A stretch of 64,000 bases of DNA from Paraphysomonas bandaiensis. Its lineage: Eukaryota > Protista > Chrysophyceae. Below are positions 12,327 through 27,300 of the stretch, piece after piece. Position numbers and translations under genes: made by a program. The notes beneath the pieces were generated by a model. That model searched no databases. It was given only the letters and a program-made list of their open reading frames with translations, and had not been told where the DNA came from. Every line of letters starts with the position of its first letter. Within the stretch, counting starts at the first letter, position 1. Location: assembly GCA_965644295.1 (NCBI GenBank), contig CBFFRP010000143.1, positions 62,001 to 126,000 of the forward strand, given 5' to 3'.

Positions 12327-15300
12327 TTAACTTTTCGCATCACTGCTAACGTTGGTACTGAACTTCGCCTTACGCACTAAGCTCTTCCTAATTTTCTGTA
12401 TGGTTGATAACTTCATGTGCACAGAGCGCCGGGCGTTTTTCGTATCGCCTCCATAGACCATATCTCGTAGTGTCCACTGTATTAACAACTCCATTGTGTC
12501 AGCTGTTGAGAGCGGTCCCACAATCATGTCGCAATCAGGACGATGTATGGCCGGCCATTGGTCCCCGAAATCTTCAAATTCTTTCCTTACACCCCCAAGA
12601 TCTTCTTCGTTCCTAGATCCGATAGGAGCAGCAGACTCGGTTATATCGACGAGTTTCTGGGTAACATCAGTCCTCATATCGCTACAGTTCTTCTGCTCGC
12701 TCAGTTTTTTATATATCACATGACGGGCAATGATGTTGCTTAAATATTCTGCAAGCGTCGAACATAATCGTTTTCTGTACTCCTCAGGTACATAGTAACG
12801 ACGACTAGGACCCAATGCCTGAAGACTAGCAGAACTCAAACTGTCAAATGATAACAGTGTCGTATTCGCGGATTTCGCAGCCTCTCGACGCAATTGTTCT
12901 TTTTTTCTTTTTCGCACAATAGATGGTTTCTCCTTGGACGGTGGACGAGGGATAGACTGTTCATATTTTAAAGGAGTTCCTGGGGAAATATCATACGGTA
13001 CCGAAGAAGAATTCCCAGTTTGATTATTCGAAACACCACTTGAAAAATTCAACCGTGATTTATAATCAGCAAAACGGGAGAGCAAATTCCCAGTCGAGCT
13101 GAAGAGACCGGAATCCTGCCTGAGTACAACAGACAAACGTGACCGCCCTGCATTGCGAGAATTATTCTCCGATCTGCCGTTAGAGGTGGTGCTGTTATTA
13201 CTGGAATACAAAATGCGGCAAAAGCTTTCAGCGAGAATATGAACTGCCCTTACGAATGTCCTATTGCTGTGTATTCTAGACACAACATCGGCGCAGTTAA
13301 ATGTATTTAATTCCAGCGATGAAGTCAATTCATTCCACATATCCGAACTTAACAAATCCGACACTTTCAATATAATCCTTGCAAGTTGCCAGAGTGAGAC
13401 GGGCTCAAGACACTTGCTCCAGCAGCCAGGAAGTCCTCTACGAACCCGATACTTGCAATCTAAATAGAGCGTCATACGCCATATAACTAACACAGCCGAC
13501 GTACAACGAATATCCAATTTCGGTGAGTATCTAATTCGTTCACGTACTCCTCTTATCAGTTTAGTTCGAGAAACGCGCCGCAAAGATGTCATTACAAAGA
13601 GAAGTACACTATCAAGCTCCTCACAAAGAACTCCCTCAGCAGAGCATCTTGAGACGACAAATTCTATACCGCGAGTGTCAGATAAAATATAGCTGGTTAA
13701 ACTTCTATTGAAGGAGTCTCTTCGCTGACAACCAATAATATCAGCTACTGTGCACTTCGGCAGCCATCGAGTATCGTGCAGCCCCAAATACAGAGCTGGC
13801 CCCATACCATATGCTACTCTATCTTTGCTGTCGATATGCTTCAGTTTGCTTCCAGGGAAACTCCACTCCGCAGACACAACAAAGGAAGGACGCAATCGTC
13901 CACTGGAAGATACCGACGACCGCTGACGATCCGCAGTAGGAGGCAAGTTCAGAGTAGGCACAGTATCTGATAAGGTGTACGGCGTCCGATAAAATACTGC
14001 TTCCAATATAGAATTCCCTGCTGCAGTATTTAATGGTACCTTTTCAACAGCCGTGGTTCTCTTAAACGACGTCATCTCAGACAGAGTAACTGGAGCAGAA
14101 GCGGCAAGTGATAATGTTTCTTTCGTACTATTCACCGACGAAATAGAATCAAATGTGTTACGGAATCGTACTCGCGGGTCCACTACAGCTATCCGCGCAT
14201 TTCCCGTGCTGCAATACGACGCATATTCTCTAGTACGATGAGTCAAACTGGCAACCCTTTCATCCGGCCGATCAGTGGCCAAAAAGAGGGGGCCAGATCC
14301 ATCAAGACACTGTTGAAGACTTTTCGTGATCTCAAATTTATTGGATACGGGGGAATGCCACTTATTGAGATGTTTCAACAACACAGACTCCCAATTTTCA
14401 AAATCTCGACATGTAAGTCTACTTCGCGTCCGCTTTCGTGAGCATCGAACTCGACGCCCCACTTCTGTCCCTGCAGCAATTCGCTTCAATCGCGTCCAAC
14501 AATTTAAGTCAAACAATCCGTCTTGAAATCGGTCTTTATCTTCAGCATCCAATCTCACGCTGTCACCTCCGTCACTTTCAGATGTGTCTTCTTCCGTTGC
14601 GCAGCTATCATCACCTGAGTTCTCTGAATCTTCTGATTCTTCTAAAATAGCATCAAAGTCTGCGTAGCAGCTACCATCGTCACTTATTTCATCGGTTTCA
14701 GAAACACTTCCCTCACTATCTTCTTCAGACTCCCAGAACTCATCCCTGTGTTTCATGATAACGTTGCCTTTCCTCAAATAACTATCGCACAGTCGCAAAA
14801 AAACATGAACAACCGCCGCAAAAGCAGATGGCTCAACGACAGCAACCAATATAAGAGTCTGTATCACAGATAACTCTTTTCCATTGGCCCATAAACCTAG
14901 ATCACTATCGCAATTCGTGGCATCTAACTGTGGAGGTATCAACTGAGCAGTGATAGCAACAATATCTTCATCGTGAAGCCCCGACAATTTCCTATGACAT
15001 AAATCTTTCAAAAAATCTCTCCACGTTATGAATTCCTCTAGATATTGTGCTATTCCGATACTTACACCGTAGAATATAGGGGACAAAGAAGGGTGTTTTT
15101 CAAGAACTTTCAAGTTCAAAATGGAATCGGGAGACTTGAGCAGATTATTTAAACTTTTGCTCTCGACATAGTAGCTTCCAGAAGATTTCGTGTCTTTCGT
15201 TGTCGCATCCGGTTTGCTCAACGAAGCAAACTTGGTATGAAGCCCTTCGGGTTTTATACGATACTCAGTAGGCTTTCTCAAGGCAGCTGAAAATAAAGCC

Positions 15301-18300
15301 ATTCGTTCATCGATGGCCATGTTATCACTGTTGCCAACCACAGAATCGTTCGAGTCGAGATCTGGTGTTGCGTGCTCTGTGGGAGCTTCATTACAAGTGA
15401 CCCCGGACTTAATTTGAACTGATTGGCGTCTGATGGATCGGCTGCGAATAGACTTTCTCATATTGGCAGCTGCATTGTATGATTTCAATCTACTACCTCT
15501 CGTCCGAGATGTCGATTGACTACTATCAGTTTCATTTCCATGGATTTTGGTGGCGTCTACCACAGACATCACAGTATTAGCGAATTTCATCTCTCCCCTG
15601 GCCATCTTGCTTGTACTACAAAAGTCATGGTGTGACTTCATACCAACTATTCGCATCCACTCAACTAAGAAATCGTCTTCCGCATGAGGTATTGGCTGAA
15701 AGAGCGGATTCTTGGCTACAATATCACACCCAATAGAATCACAGAAGACGGGATCCCAGCGTAATACAGGAGCGGCTACCATGTGAGCACCAGTGATGCT
15801 TTGATTGTATTGAGGAATCGGGGATATATACCCTATACGCCACCTTTGAGACCTTCGATTGAGCCACACACCGTCCAAATTACCATTTCCTCTACATAGC
15901 CAGCCACCAACATTCTGTGCCGCATTCTCAATATTTATCGCACTTTTGTGTCGTTTTCTCGGAATTAATTTCTTAACATCATTCGAGTTCACCCAAAAAC
16001 TCTCCGTCCGAGGAGTGAGATCCATGTTGGTAAAAGATGGCGACTCCAACTTTTGGTGCTTGATAACAGTCGTTTTCATTCTGTCGTCCTCATAACTCGT
16101 TGCGGGACGTTGTACAGAAGTTCTTTCCGCGTAGGACACCGAAAACAACGGTAGCTTCTCTATCCCCCCGTTGAAGAGATGTAACATTGCCCTGAATTCG
16201 TCCAACGGTATTGGTGCAGCTTGGGACCACGAACATAGAACTAAACACATTTCAGCCATCCATTCTAGTCCCGGACTAACAGCTGTTGCCACGTAGTTGA
16301 CAACAGCAGATAACAATTGTTCTCTTAGAGGTTGAAACATGACACTCAAATCATTCATTAGCCCATCCCTCTCATCCGTAGTAATATGCATGAACTCATT
16401 GACTTTAAGAGATTTTAAAGTCTGCATAATAGTAGATTGGGACTTGCGCTTTTTCGATATGCTGGACTTTCGTCTAGAATTACTTCGCGAAAATGATTTT
16501 CGAGTTGCTGAAGAGCGTTTTCTACGAGGACTCTTCGATGAGGTTCTCAACGGGGTAGCTTCAAGCTGCTCAGTTGGGTTATTACAAGCAATGGAAAGAG
16601 CTTTCGGGCCAGCAAAACTCTCGGTAACTAAAATAGAAGACTGATCTACATTCGTGTTACTGGCATTTCCTGGCGTATGCCGCTGTCGAAATCGCTGTTG
16701 AATATTCTTGATTGAGCGAATTGACTTCTGCAGCTCTTGCATGGACTGGGGCAACCCCTTCATACATGACTTCGATCGAATACTATGAAGGAATGGTTTT
16801 ATACACCGTACGCCTACCGTAACAGCATTCATTGCATACGGAGGCAAGTTTTGTGGCGCTATCACTGCATCACAAAATCGAATATACTCAACTGCCATTG
16901 AACACATATCATATACAACACTCTGATACATGAGTGAGTCCCGCTCCAACTTCTTAGCGTTGCAAATAGCATTGGTCATATGCACCCTCCTAGACCGAGC
17001 TTCAAGTAGCACTTTACAACACTCTTCACTTTCCAGAAAACTTAAGTCAATAACAGGGTGGGAAATATATTGTGATCTATTTGGAATATCACGACACTCT
17101 TCCTTGCGGTCCACTTTCTTTTTCCAAGATAAAACTGAGGTGAAAGCCGAACTTTCAGCAATATATAGATCAAATGTATAGTCTATAATACGAGAATTCA
17201 AAAGCGAAAGTTTTGACAAATGATTAGGAGCGACTTTTTCGAATATCGCATCAGCGAATACACACTCCATTAGACATGACGAGGCTGGCACCTTGTTCAT
17301 GGCAGCATGCAGTGGCTTCGACTCCACATAGAAACTACGCAAGGTAGAACTCGCCCAATGAACTGTGATCATATTCTTAAAACATGCCGGAGGTAAAGGC
17401 CGCCCCACACCAGCGCTGTCTAAAGTTGGTGGCTCAGCCGATATGACGACTACTCTGACGCGATTACGGAATATGAGACCAGTGCAGGACGAAGTAGTAT
17501 CATACAAAGGATCCAAGGTACAGCACAAATCACATATATCGTCAATGTTATTTAGATGCGACTCATCTGCCTCCGAATCATGGTTATGACCTTTACTTTC
17601 GACATTAGCACATAAAAATGCCACAAGATCCGAAGAGGCCCCAGCTTGCACATCATACACAATGATAGCAAATCCAGAATCTTCACCCGCGTTGTATTTT
17701 CTGATTTCGTTTTCCAATTCCTCGATTGAAAAATGCGCACCGGTAGTATGATAACACGAATACTCCTCTGTCATCGAAGAAACAATAGCAAATTCGGCAA
17801 TACCGTCAGGGTCAATTATAAAAGTATACCCCGGATTCAAGCATAGTAGACTCATCGCGTTAATGGAGGGCACATCTCGGAGCATATACCCTTGCGAGTA
17901 TCGCGTCCAGTTTCTCACTTGAAGGCGATCAAGCATGCACCCTATCACGAAAGGATCATCACTTGGTATCACATGGTGCTCACGCCTAACTAAATCCCGC
18001 AAAAAGTCAACAGTTTCTGCACGCAAGTGCTCGGGTAACCAACCAGTTCGAACAAGTACAGTCGCCGCAATACAACAATCGGGTACAATATGAGAAAGTA
18101 TTTTATCTATCTGCTCGATTTCATTTTCCAGATAAAGCATATTTTCGTGAATAGCTGTAACATATTTTCCGGCTCCGTCGTGCAACAGTGAACTGACTTT
18201 CAAAAGTTTTTCTTTCGTTCTCATTAATTCCGCGTCCAAATGGCGTAGTTCTTCCTCATTCTTTTCATATTCTGCTTGGAAAACTTTCACTTCTGACTTT

Positions 18301-21300
18301 CTGCTAGCTATTACATTCTGGGCCTTTGAATTCAATTCCATGCTTTTTTCAATACTTTTCTGCTTCAGTGAAGTACATTCAGAATTTAAGGCGTACAATT
18401 CTTGCATTCGACGGAGATACAGCGCTAATTTCATCTGAGTGGAAATAGCAACATCACTAACCGAACTCTGCTGCAATGTCCCTGGCATAACAGATGCATT
18501 CTCAATCGACCCAATACGACTTTCATCAGAAGACATATCAACGCCTTCTATTTCATTTCGTAACAAAGCGTTGATGCTGCTTAGATGTCGAATTTCAAGT
18601 GTAGAAAAACTTGCTGGATTGAATTGTGATATTGTGTTAACGAACTCCATAGAGCGGAGAGAACTAAGTGCTAATTTGACAACATGGGACTCATCGTCGA
18701 ACTTTTTTCTGAAATCCATCTCTGCAGGAATAGAGTTAGCCAACATAAGAATTCCATTCATCGTCATTAAAAACGCTTTTGGAATATTCTTGCCACTGAA
18801 AGCTTTTGCAAACTCAATCCATTCTCTCGCTTGAATACTCTTAACTTGACTCCTACAATTCTGCAAGATGTTTTCATAAGCTTTGTATCGATGGTAGAGA
18901 TATGCGTGACTGGAGTACTCATCCTCTTTTTGCATCAGGAGAGTTTCTGTTTGAGAAATAAAATGCTCCGACTTTGATGAATTGCTTTCCAGACTGGATA
19001 TATTATCACTAAGTGTTTTCAGTACATTTGATAGTTGTCGGATTGCCTTCATAATATCGAGTTGTGTACTTTCTAACAAACCAAGTATTGGGCTCAACGA
19101 ATTCAAAACCACTGTTGCATCCTTTTCCAACAACAAGGCTTCTGTTAGCATCTTTTTTCTCGTCAACAGCATTTTCGCACCCGAATCCAGAGCGCTTTTA
19201 ACAATATTGCTGGCAATCAGCGTTTGCCTCTCAGGATCAATACAAAGCACAGGTTGTGTTAGATGTAAGCTGTCCAGAGGAAGTGGCACGGACATAACAC
19301 ATGACAAAAGCTCTCGCCCTTCAGCGACCATTCCCATTACGCAGGAGTGCACATCATGAAGAAATGACGTAGAGCTGCAGACAATATATTAACAAATCAA
19401 ACACAAAAATATATTTTTACCTCGGCCGGTTGACAAGCTTCTCAGTTTTCGCAATGAGACTTGATCTGATCCCAAGAACAGATCGCGGTCGCGTCGATGC
19501 CGCACAATGCTGCGTAAATATATTTCCGCCACAACTAAAACTTCCAAATATCCCTAAATTAGGCAAATCGCTAAGTAGAGGGACACAATTATCTCTCCGT
19601 ACGGAAATATCAACACCCACTCTCAAAGATGAAGTGGTACTATCTACGGTTCTCAGCTTAAAAGGAAGGTACAAATTCATAGAAGGTGTCCACAAACCCA
19701 TCGGACTGCGTAATTCTGTGCACAAAGTCGCTCTGGAAACTCCAGTTGTAGCTTCTTTGCGGTTGATATCCCACCAGATGATGTGAAACTCGTTGGAAAT
19801 CAACCTCTTCAGAATTGGGCAATTGAAAACGTTTCTATGGGCAGGGCCAAATTTATGTGATATTGATGTAAATGAACTGTCCACTCTTCCGTTCTCAGCC
19901 CCTTCACTGCTATAGACCGATCCACTCTGGCTTTCTCGAAGATTATCTGATGCTTGCTTGGAAAGCGCAGCTTTTGACAGCAAAGTAAACCGTTTCTTCG
20001 CTCGGTTTGCGGCGCCAAGAGTGCCCATTGATACTCCTCTTGCTCCAGCTTTAATGTTTATTTCATCTAGCCGCGCATCAAACTTATCAGCTAAATCTAA
20101 CATGCGTTCAGATGAACTTGGTTTGTAGTGCTCCATTGCCCGAGGCATATCTACACAGAAACAAATCCGTAGATTTGTCTTTACTAACTGAGCTAAACGC
20201 CTCTTAATCCACTGATATGTATATCCATGAACATCAAATTTGTAAATAGAATCTCTTTTGGTAGCAAGGTCCATTTGAGATACATTAGGATTATCACATA
20301 TTACATCAGTCTGATGTACCCAAAATTATACAAGAAAGCACACATCTTGAATCACTAACCTCTTCCTTCTTGCCGATAGCATCATTATCATGATTATTAG
20401 TAGCTTGGCCATCACAAGCTGACAGCTCAGCAGATTTGGAGTTATCTGCAGCACTCTTTGTATCTTCTTGTTTGTATGAAACGGTACCATTCCTTACGAC
20501 CGATGTGCGCATTGCATGAATCAAACCTAACAATTTATTATTTGCATAACAAATGTACATTCAAAAGTACCTTCAAGTTCAGAAGTATTAAATACTACAC
20601 ACGGGTCCTTCAAGTCCATAAGAGTCACCAATACGCTCCTTTCCTCAACACTCAGGAGCTGAGCACTATGTATTGAAAGGCAAACCTTCTTAGGATCTTT
20701 ACATACACACGAAATATGTCGACTGGGCGAATTTCCGAAGTTCGTGCCTTCATCATGCATCTCGTAGCCAGCAGCAGCCAACACTGCTACTTTAAGGTAC
20801 CTTCTGAAATCATATGAAATTATAGTTTTCGCTGACGGGGTGCCTGAAACTGGCACTGGTCTATCCTTACAATCATACGAATACAACTCTGAAGTACAAA
20901 GTGATGTCGCCAATTGAAGGCCGGCCCGAATCGATGCACCAACACAGCTCATCAGTGCGACATTACTATCTAAGGTTGAAAGTATTCGCATAATACGAAG
21001 AACATTCGCCATCGCCTGTGGATATAGTGTCAGCAGTGGAGCATGAAAGCGCTTCAACGGTATTAACTGTTCCAGTGAAAACTTGGGTTTACAGTCCGAA
21101 GTTTCAATCTCAACAGCCGATGATGTGATATTACACCAATCATCAAAAGCTTCGTCATCAAAGCTGACAGGGCCATAGCCAATTGCTCCAGGGTGATCAT
21201 CAGAAGAGGTGAACAACTTCTTATTCAACCACACACTAGACGATGTATCGTCCACACGATCCATAAGTACTTGAATATCATCAGCATCAATTCTCCACAA

Positions 21301-24300
21301 CTTCAAATCGATTCTATTAAGCTTATTTTTCCATGTTCCTGACATCCTTGATTTCAAACTTCCAGATGGCAATGGGTCTAAAAACACTCGAACCCACTCG
21401 TGCACCCAGAGTGACAACAAATCATGCGGAGTAGCAATTCGCTCCTTGAGAAGAGACATTGGTACACAGAATCTGCGAATTACCTCAACACTCGGTTTAA
21501 TCTGTGGTATGATTGATTTCTCTAGTGCACTATACTGATTTTCGTTTCTAGTGACAGAATTTACTACCTCCAAGGTATCGGAAACTAGTTCGCTCACATA
21601 TTTAAGCAGACCATTTTCCACAGCTGCAACTTTAGAAATTTCATTTAACGTGGTCATGGTGCCAAACACGAATCCGTTTTTTAATTCATCAGCGTTTGAG
21701 TACGGAATTCCTACTACACCAAAATAAGGGAGAAGCCTCGACAATTTTGACGATAGATAGAGATCCTTTATATCACCCGTGGCTGCTGCAATTATTCCGA
21801 GTTGACTCATATGAAAATCGTTTTCGAGAGATGTTGAATGAACAGGGTCTGACAAAAACTCTTTGTGAAGCAAAGGAGGAGCGTTTCTATGCAAGGGCAT
21901 TTCTACTTTTTCATCAAGAGTGGCCTCAGCAGATATATCTCGTGACAATGCAAAAGAAAGCGCTCCGTCTACGAGACCTAACAGAAAAATTAAGCACAAT
22001 TAAAACAACTCATGAGCTAACCTCGAATCAAACCCTCTAGTTTATTAGTTATTACCCTGGCATTTTCATTGAGATTAGAGATTTCGTCTGAAGATACATC
22101 ACAGAGGTGAAGATCATCTATGAATATCATGGCATAAGTGTATCTCGGTGGTTCTAAAATCCCGATGCTTTCGCTACGAAATTCTCGCAAAAGCCATCGC
22201 CTGAAATCACTCGCCCCAGTGAAAGACTTCAGAGATGTTTCACATGTAAAAACAGTACCACAGTCAAAGTGGTCTCTACAATATCGTGATGAAGAATGCT
22301 CCTCGATGATAGCATTAACATCTCTGGCAATCTTAACCTCCGGAGAATCATCGTTGTGATTTGTATTGATAGACCTAAGTTCTTTTAACACCCGACGCAA
22401 GACATTCAGCACGGCTGAAATACCATCTGGCACAACTCCATTCCCAATGATATCAACTAAACGTTCTAAAATATCATTCCGCATAGACGATGGGCTCGGG
22501 CAATTCCGCCCCATATGAGATATGACACTCCTAGCAATGCGCGATTTACCAGCTCCAGCAGGTCCTGTCAATATGACGTTGCTCCCTGATTTCAACAATA
22601 TTTTAAAGGCACACTTAGCAGCTTCGCTGGAAGATGTGTGCAGATAAAGTTGAGCAATGGAATGTTCGCAATTTAGGTACTCTGCTCTAACACCGGTAGA
22701 GTTTTCTTGAGACGTGGAAGCATCGAGTGCGTGCGCGCCCTTGGGTTCATTCGGAATAACAGGCGTCTTAGATATTTTGCACTTTTTGAGTGTAAGCGCA
22801 TTCATAAAACAACAGTCTTTCAAGCAAAGTGAGAGTTCAAACAGCGAAAGTTCATGAATAAAAACAACACTAGAACCCAAGTATGTCTCAATGCTTTGCT
22901 TTGCTAGCACATCAAAAAATGATCTTCGAGATGTACCGTTCACTCCACCTCCAAAACCCCAAATAGCAGAATATGCGATTGACAGTCGTACTCTCTGATA
23001 TAACCTCTCCTTTTCTTTTACATTCAATGTCGGAAATAAATTAACTTTGTGATCTTGTGACAAGTGCAGCATTGAGTCAGAGTTGATGGACAATGTGTCC
23101 TCGACTACAGCTTCAGTTGAAATTGTTTCAGGATTCCATGAACTTTCCGCAAGAGCAAGTTTGTGACACTCATGTATGAGCTCTTCCAAATACCTCAAAA
23201 ATGTAGATGTTCGCGAGAGTGATGTGACTACATTCATTTCATTCGGTGTCATATCACAATTAAGCATCTCCTTCACAAAACCCGTTCGAAGTAATATATT
23301 ACACAAATCCATATAACTATCACTCCAAGACGGAAACTGACGAATCCACACACCCAAACTTTTCGTCCACACCGATAGTAGGCGCTTGGAACAATGATTA
23401 GGTGTGACGTCGCAGTGTACATGCGCTGTGTGCATGAGAGTAGTTGGAGAGGTCTGGCTCAGATCGGAAGATTCCATTACGACCGACACAGTCGAATCCA
23501 AGGTTCCACATTCTCCAGATGGAAAACTAATTCGACATCGACTTTTCTTGTTCCTATCCATATGACTAAAGTAATGTGGGTTGCTAAATAATTGTTCAAT
23601 ATGAGATCCAATCGGTCCTTGTAAAATAATGACTTGAAAAGTACGCTTCGAATCCTTTGAATGCTCTTCTTTCTCGACAATATCATCAGTCTGACGTATT
23701 CTGCGCAATAGAGTTCCATCCTTCCATTTCCCATTATCATCAAATGATCCGATTAATGAGTCCATTGTAAGAGAAGTGTGGTGCACTATGGAAGTTTTCA
23801 CCCGACTTCCCTCAAGCATTGACTTCAAGATTTTCAGCCCCCCTGCAGTGCGTCTTGTACTATTGCGTCTGGAATTTAGCCACTTAACAACTGCCCTACC
23901 TAGAACAATAGCGGCCCGCCAATGATGGAGTGCCATCATGTTGGCGAACTGCGAGTTCGAGCTGAAGCCTTCTCGACGAATGCTTTCAATAACGCAGTTT
24001 CTAACCGACGACTTACCTGAAGCACACATCATGACTAGTGACAAATATATATTCACATACCGCATCCTGATGGACCAGACAGTATGACTACAGGGCATGA
24101 ACCAGTAAGTATGCTCCATAGAGTCGATGCTTGTTCAACAAACATAGATCCCGGCATGAGACCGAGAGATTCCATTGTTCTGCCGATGATATCTCGAACA
24201 GAGCTCGGTACGTTAAGACTAGAAATTTTAGAATTCTGTGCCAACTGAAATCGACAGTTTTCACCCATAATAAAGTCGACATGCTCCTGCATTATCGAGC

Positions 24301-27300
24301 GGACTTCACGATTGATATCTACGAGATCTTCTTTGCTACAACGCCCTAACAGAATGACATGATTAAGTGTGGCACTATACAGACATTCCATTTCGAGCTG
24401 TAATATATCGCGGTCACTAATTACATCTAGGAGCCTTTGAAGTGACACTTTTCCTAATATCAACGACTCAACGCACTGCTTGACCACAGCTTTGACAACA
24501 ATCGACGAGGACAAGAACACAGCCCCATCACCAAGAAAGAACTTTTCATGTATGCGCTTAATAACCTCTTGAAAAATCATTTGAAGCAACACACCATATT
24601 TAAATCCATCCATAGAAAGAAGCATGCCCATGTCATCCACTGGGCGGTTATGTTCCAGCGCAACTATGTTAAATGAACTCTTTGTAAGGTAATCTAACAC
24701 AGTAACATCGGTATAGAGCGTTTCCGATGCTATACCAATTATAACAAGTCCACTGGCATCATTCCCACGTGCGGATAAGTTATCGCGAAGGCCTACCATA
24801 TTGCTCTTTCTTCGTGACATATGCAATGCATTGGCACTATGTCTCGTCTTTAGGGGGTATTTAAGTGTACCCACCATAAAAAAATCGTCCTTCCTTTCCA
24901 TTGCAGACCACATATTATTCATTGCATTTAACATAACATGTAAGCTATCGTGATCGAGAGCCGTAAAGTCAATACATCCGATAGCATTCAGATACAGCAA
25001 GCGAGATAAAAATAATTTTATACTGTTGTCGTTGCACACGGAAGACAACGTTGTGTAAACGCGACCTAACGCACACGCCAACTCCCTGCATGATACAGCA
25101 TATTCACCAACAGCTTCAACGGATTTATCGTCATTATCATGAGATATGAACACTGTCCCCTTCAACATATAGGCAGAATCTACAACTTTCTGAAGTGCAG
25201 TCTCCGCTCGATGCGACGTAACAACACATACACTAGATCCTTGATACTCTAAGCCGTATGGCACGCTAACACACCCAAGAGTAACCTCAAACGGAGAATT
25301 TTGATATCGCTCGGATTTGTCATACAGAAAGCGAAGCTGATACTTACCAGCCCATAATTCAATAGTGCTATCCAAACATGGGCATAGCAATAGCTCTTCC
25401 AATGTGTTGACATGTGAAATTTCAAGATGAAATAATGTAGAATACAACAATTTCGTATTCTCGTTCTCCATACCAAGAAGAAGAGTTTGCTGAAGGCTAC
25501 ATATATTTTCACGACAATCTTCAATCAACTCTGTTAACAACGACCGCCACCTTTTCGACAAAACAGGCCTCGTAGTTGACAGATCAGGTCGAGCAATATG
25601 TATACTTCCTATGGAAAAACCGAGGCATAACCACACGTTCTCTGCAAAAGTACTCATATTCACTAAAACAATGGATTGATTAGGCTTGTCATCTATACAA
25701 ACGGAGTCATCTTTGCTCAGAACATGCGACATTCTCAGCTTGAAGACGTCACGTATACAATCAATCACTCCAGCAGAAGACATTTCACCTGTCCTGTCTT
25801 TTAAACCTTGAATGTAATTAACTATGATCATATCACAACTTCTTGACAGTACTAAACGAAGCTGAAATTCAAACTTGCTGATGAATTCATCAAGTGGAAT
25901 GTTAAGCGATACCGTTTCCCCAAAAATAATATTTTCATTGTGATCAGTGCTCACAAATCCATGGCAAGCTTGTTGTCGCTTAATTGGTTCGTCTACAATA
26001 TCCAACATACCGACGCCTTCAAACATCTCGCGTAGGCACCCAGTTATGAAAGTGATATTTTGAAAGGGGCTCACTAGCCAGGCTTTAATTAACTTTTTCG
26101 TGCGATGGTAAGGAAGCAAAGCCAAGCGCGGACAAGCGTCAAGCATTGATTGCGTGGATGCATGAACGGATTGACTTACTTCGTCCAGTAGGTTAATAGT
26201 TGACAATAGATTCAGACCATGCTCCGTGGCGAGACGACAAGCGGAGTGCATAGAATACCCAGGCGACGTCTGTATTAGCATCTCTATTTTTTTTAAATCT
26301 TCAGTACATGTTTGAAACACTCTTTCTGTGTCACGATCTAAATCGCCTTGATAAGAATACTTGACGAAGTGAAAGAGAGACAACCACTGATCCTGAATAT
26401 CGAATATATTCGTGACAAAAGACATAACATTAGAAAGTTGGGATTTCATTGAGTTGATGCGATCTTCAAAAATATCAATATGCATATCCACGGCAGTGTG
26501 TTCCGCCACTGTGACAGCCTTCAAACAATACAGAAGAACTGACATTATCTCTGACGAGTTAGTAACTCGTTGAATTTCAAAAAATAATTTATCAGAAACC
26601 GTTTTGTCTTCGAGCCAATCACGAGAGAGATTAGCATTAACTTCCGTATATGTAATGTACGCTGCATCCAAAGTGGATTCAATCATTCCTTCCACACAAG
26701 CGTCAGCAGTGATAGCTTTCATAACTCCAATCTTATTCTTAAGTCCTCTATTCAAAAGCTCATTGATTTGCATACTTCTCAGAGATACACCCTGAATACA
26801 GGCTTCAGTATCCTCGTTTTCGTCATGGCTGAAAGATGAATGGAGTGCGGAGCTACTATCAACGACGTACACACCATCTTTATGAGAACCACTACTAATA
26901 TTAAGGCGCATATTGCAAGGTTCAAATACTGCAGTACTTATACTCTCCCAATGCCGTGATTTCATGTTGTCACACTTCAAAAATGTAGCCATGTGAAGCA
27001 TAGGCTCAATAGAATTTGCCAATTGTCTCAGTGTAGCGATTGTGCCATCATTATCAGACTTTGATTGAAGAAACGAAATGGTGGCTACCGTATTTCGATG
27101 AACGGAATACATCGAGGTAATATCACAAGTTCCGAGTTTTACCTTAGATGATGATTTTATCAGTTTTCTTGCTTCACATATAGCATGGCAAGCCTTATAT
27201 TTGTGATGAAACGCTTCCTCAAGACGGTCCATATCGACAAAATCGTCCATTTCGTTAGTCTCCAGCACGCAGGACGCAGCACCGACAATACAATGACCTT

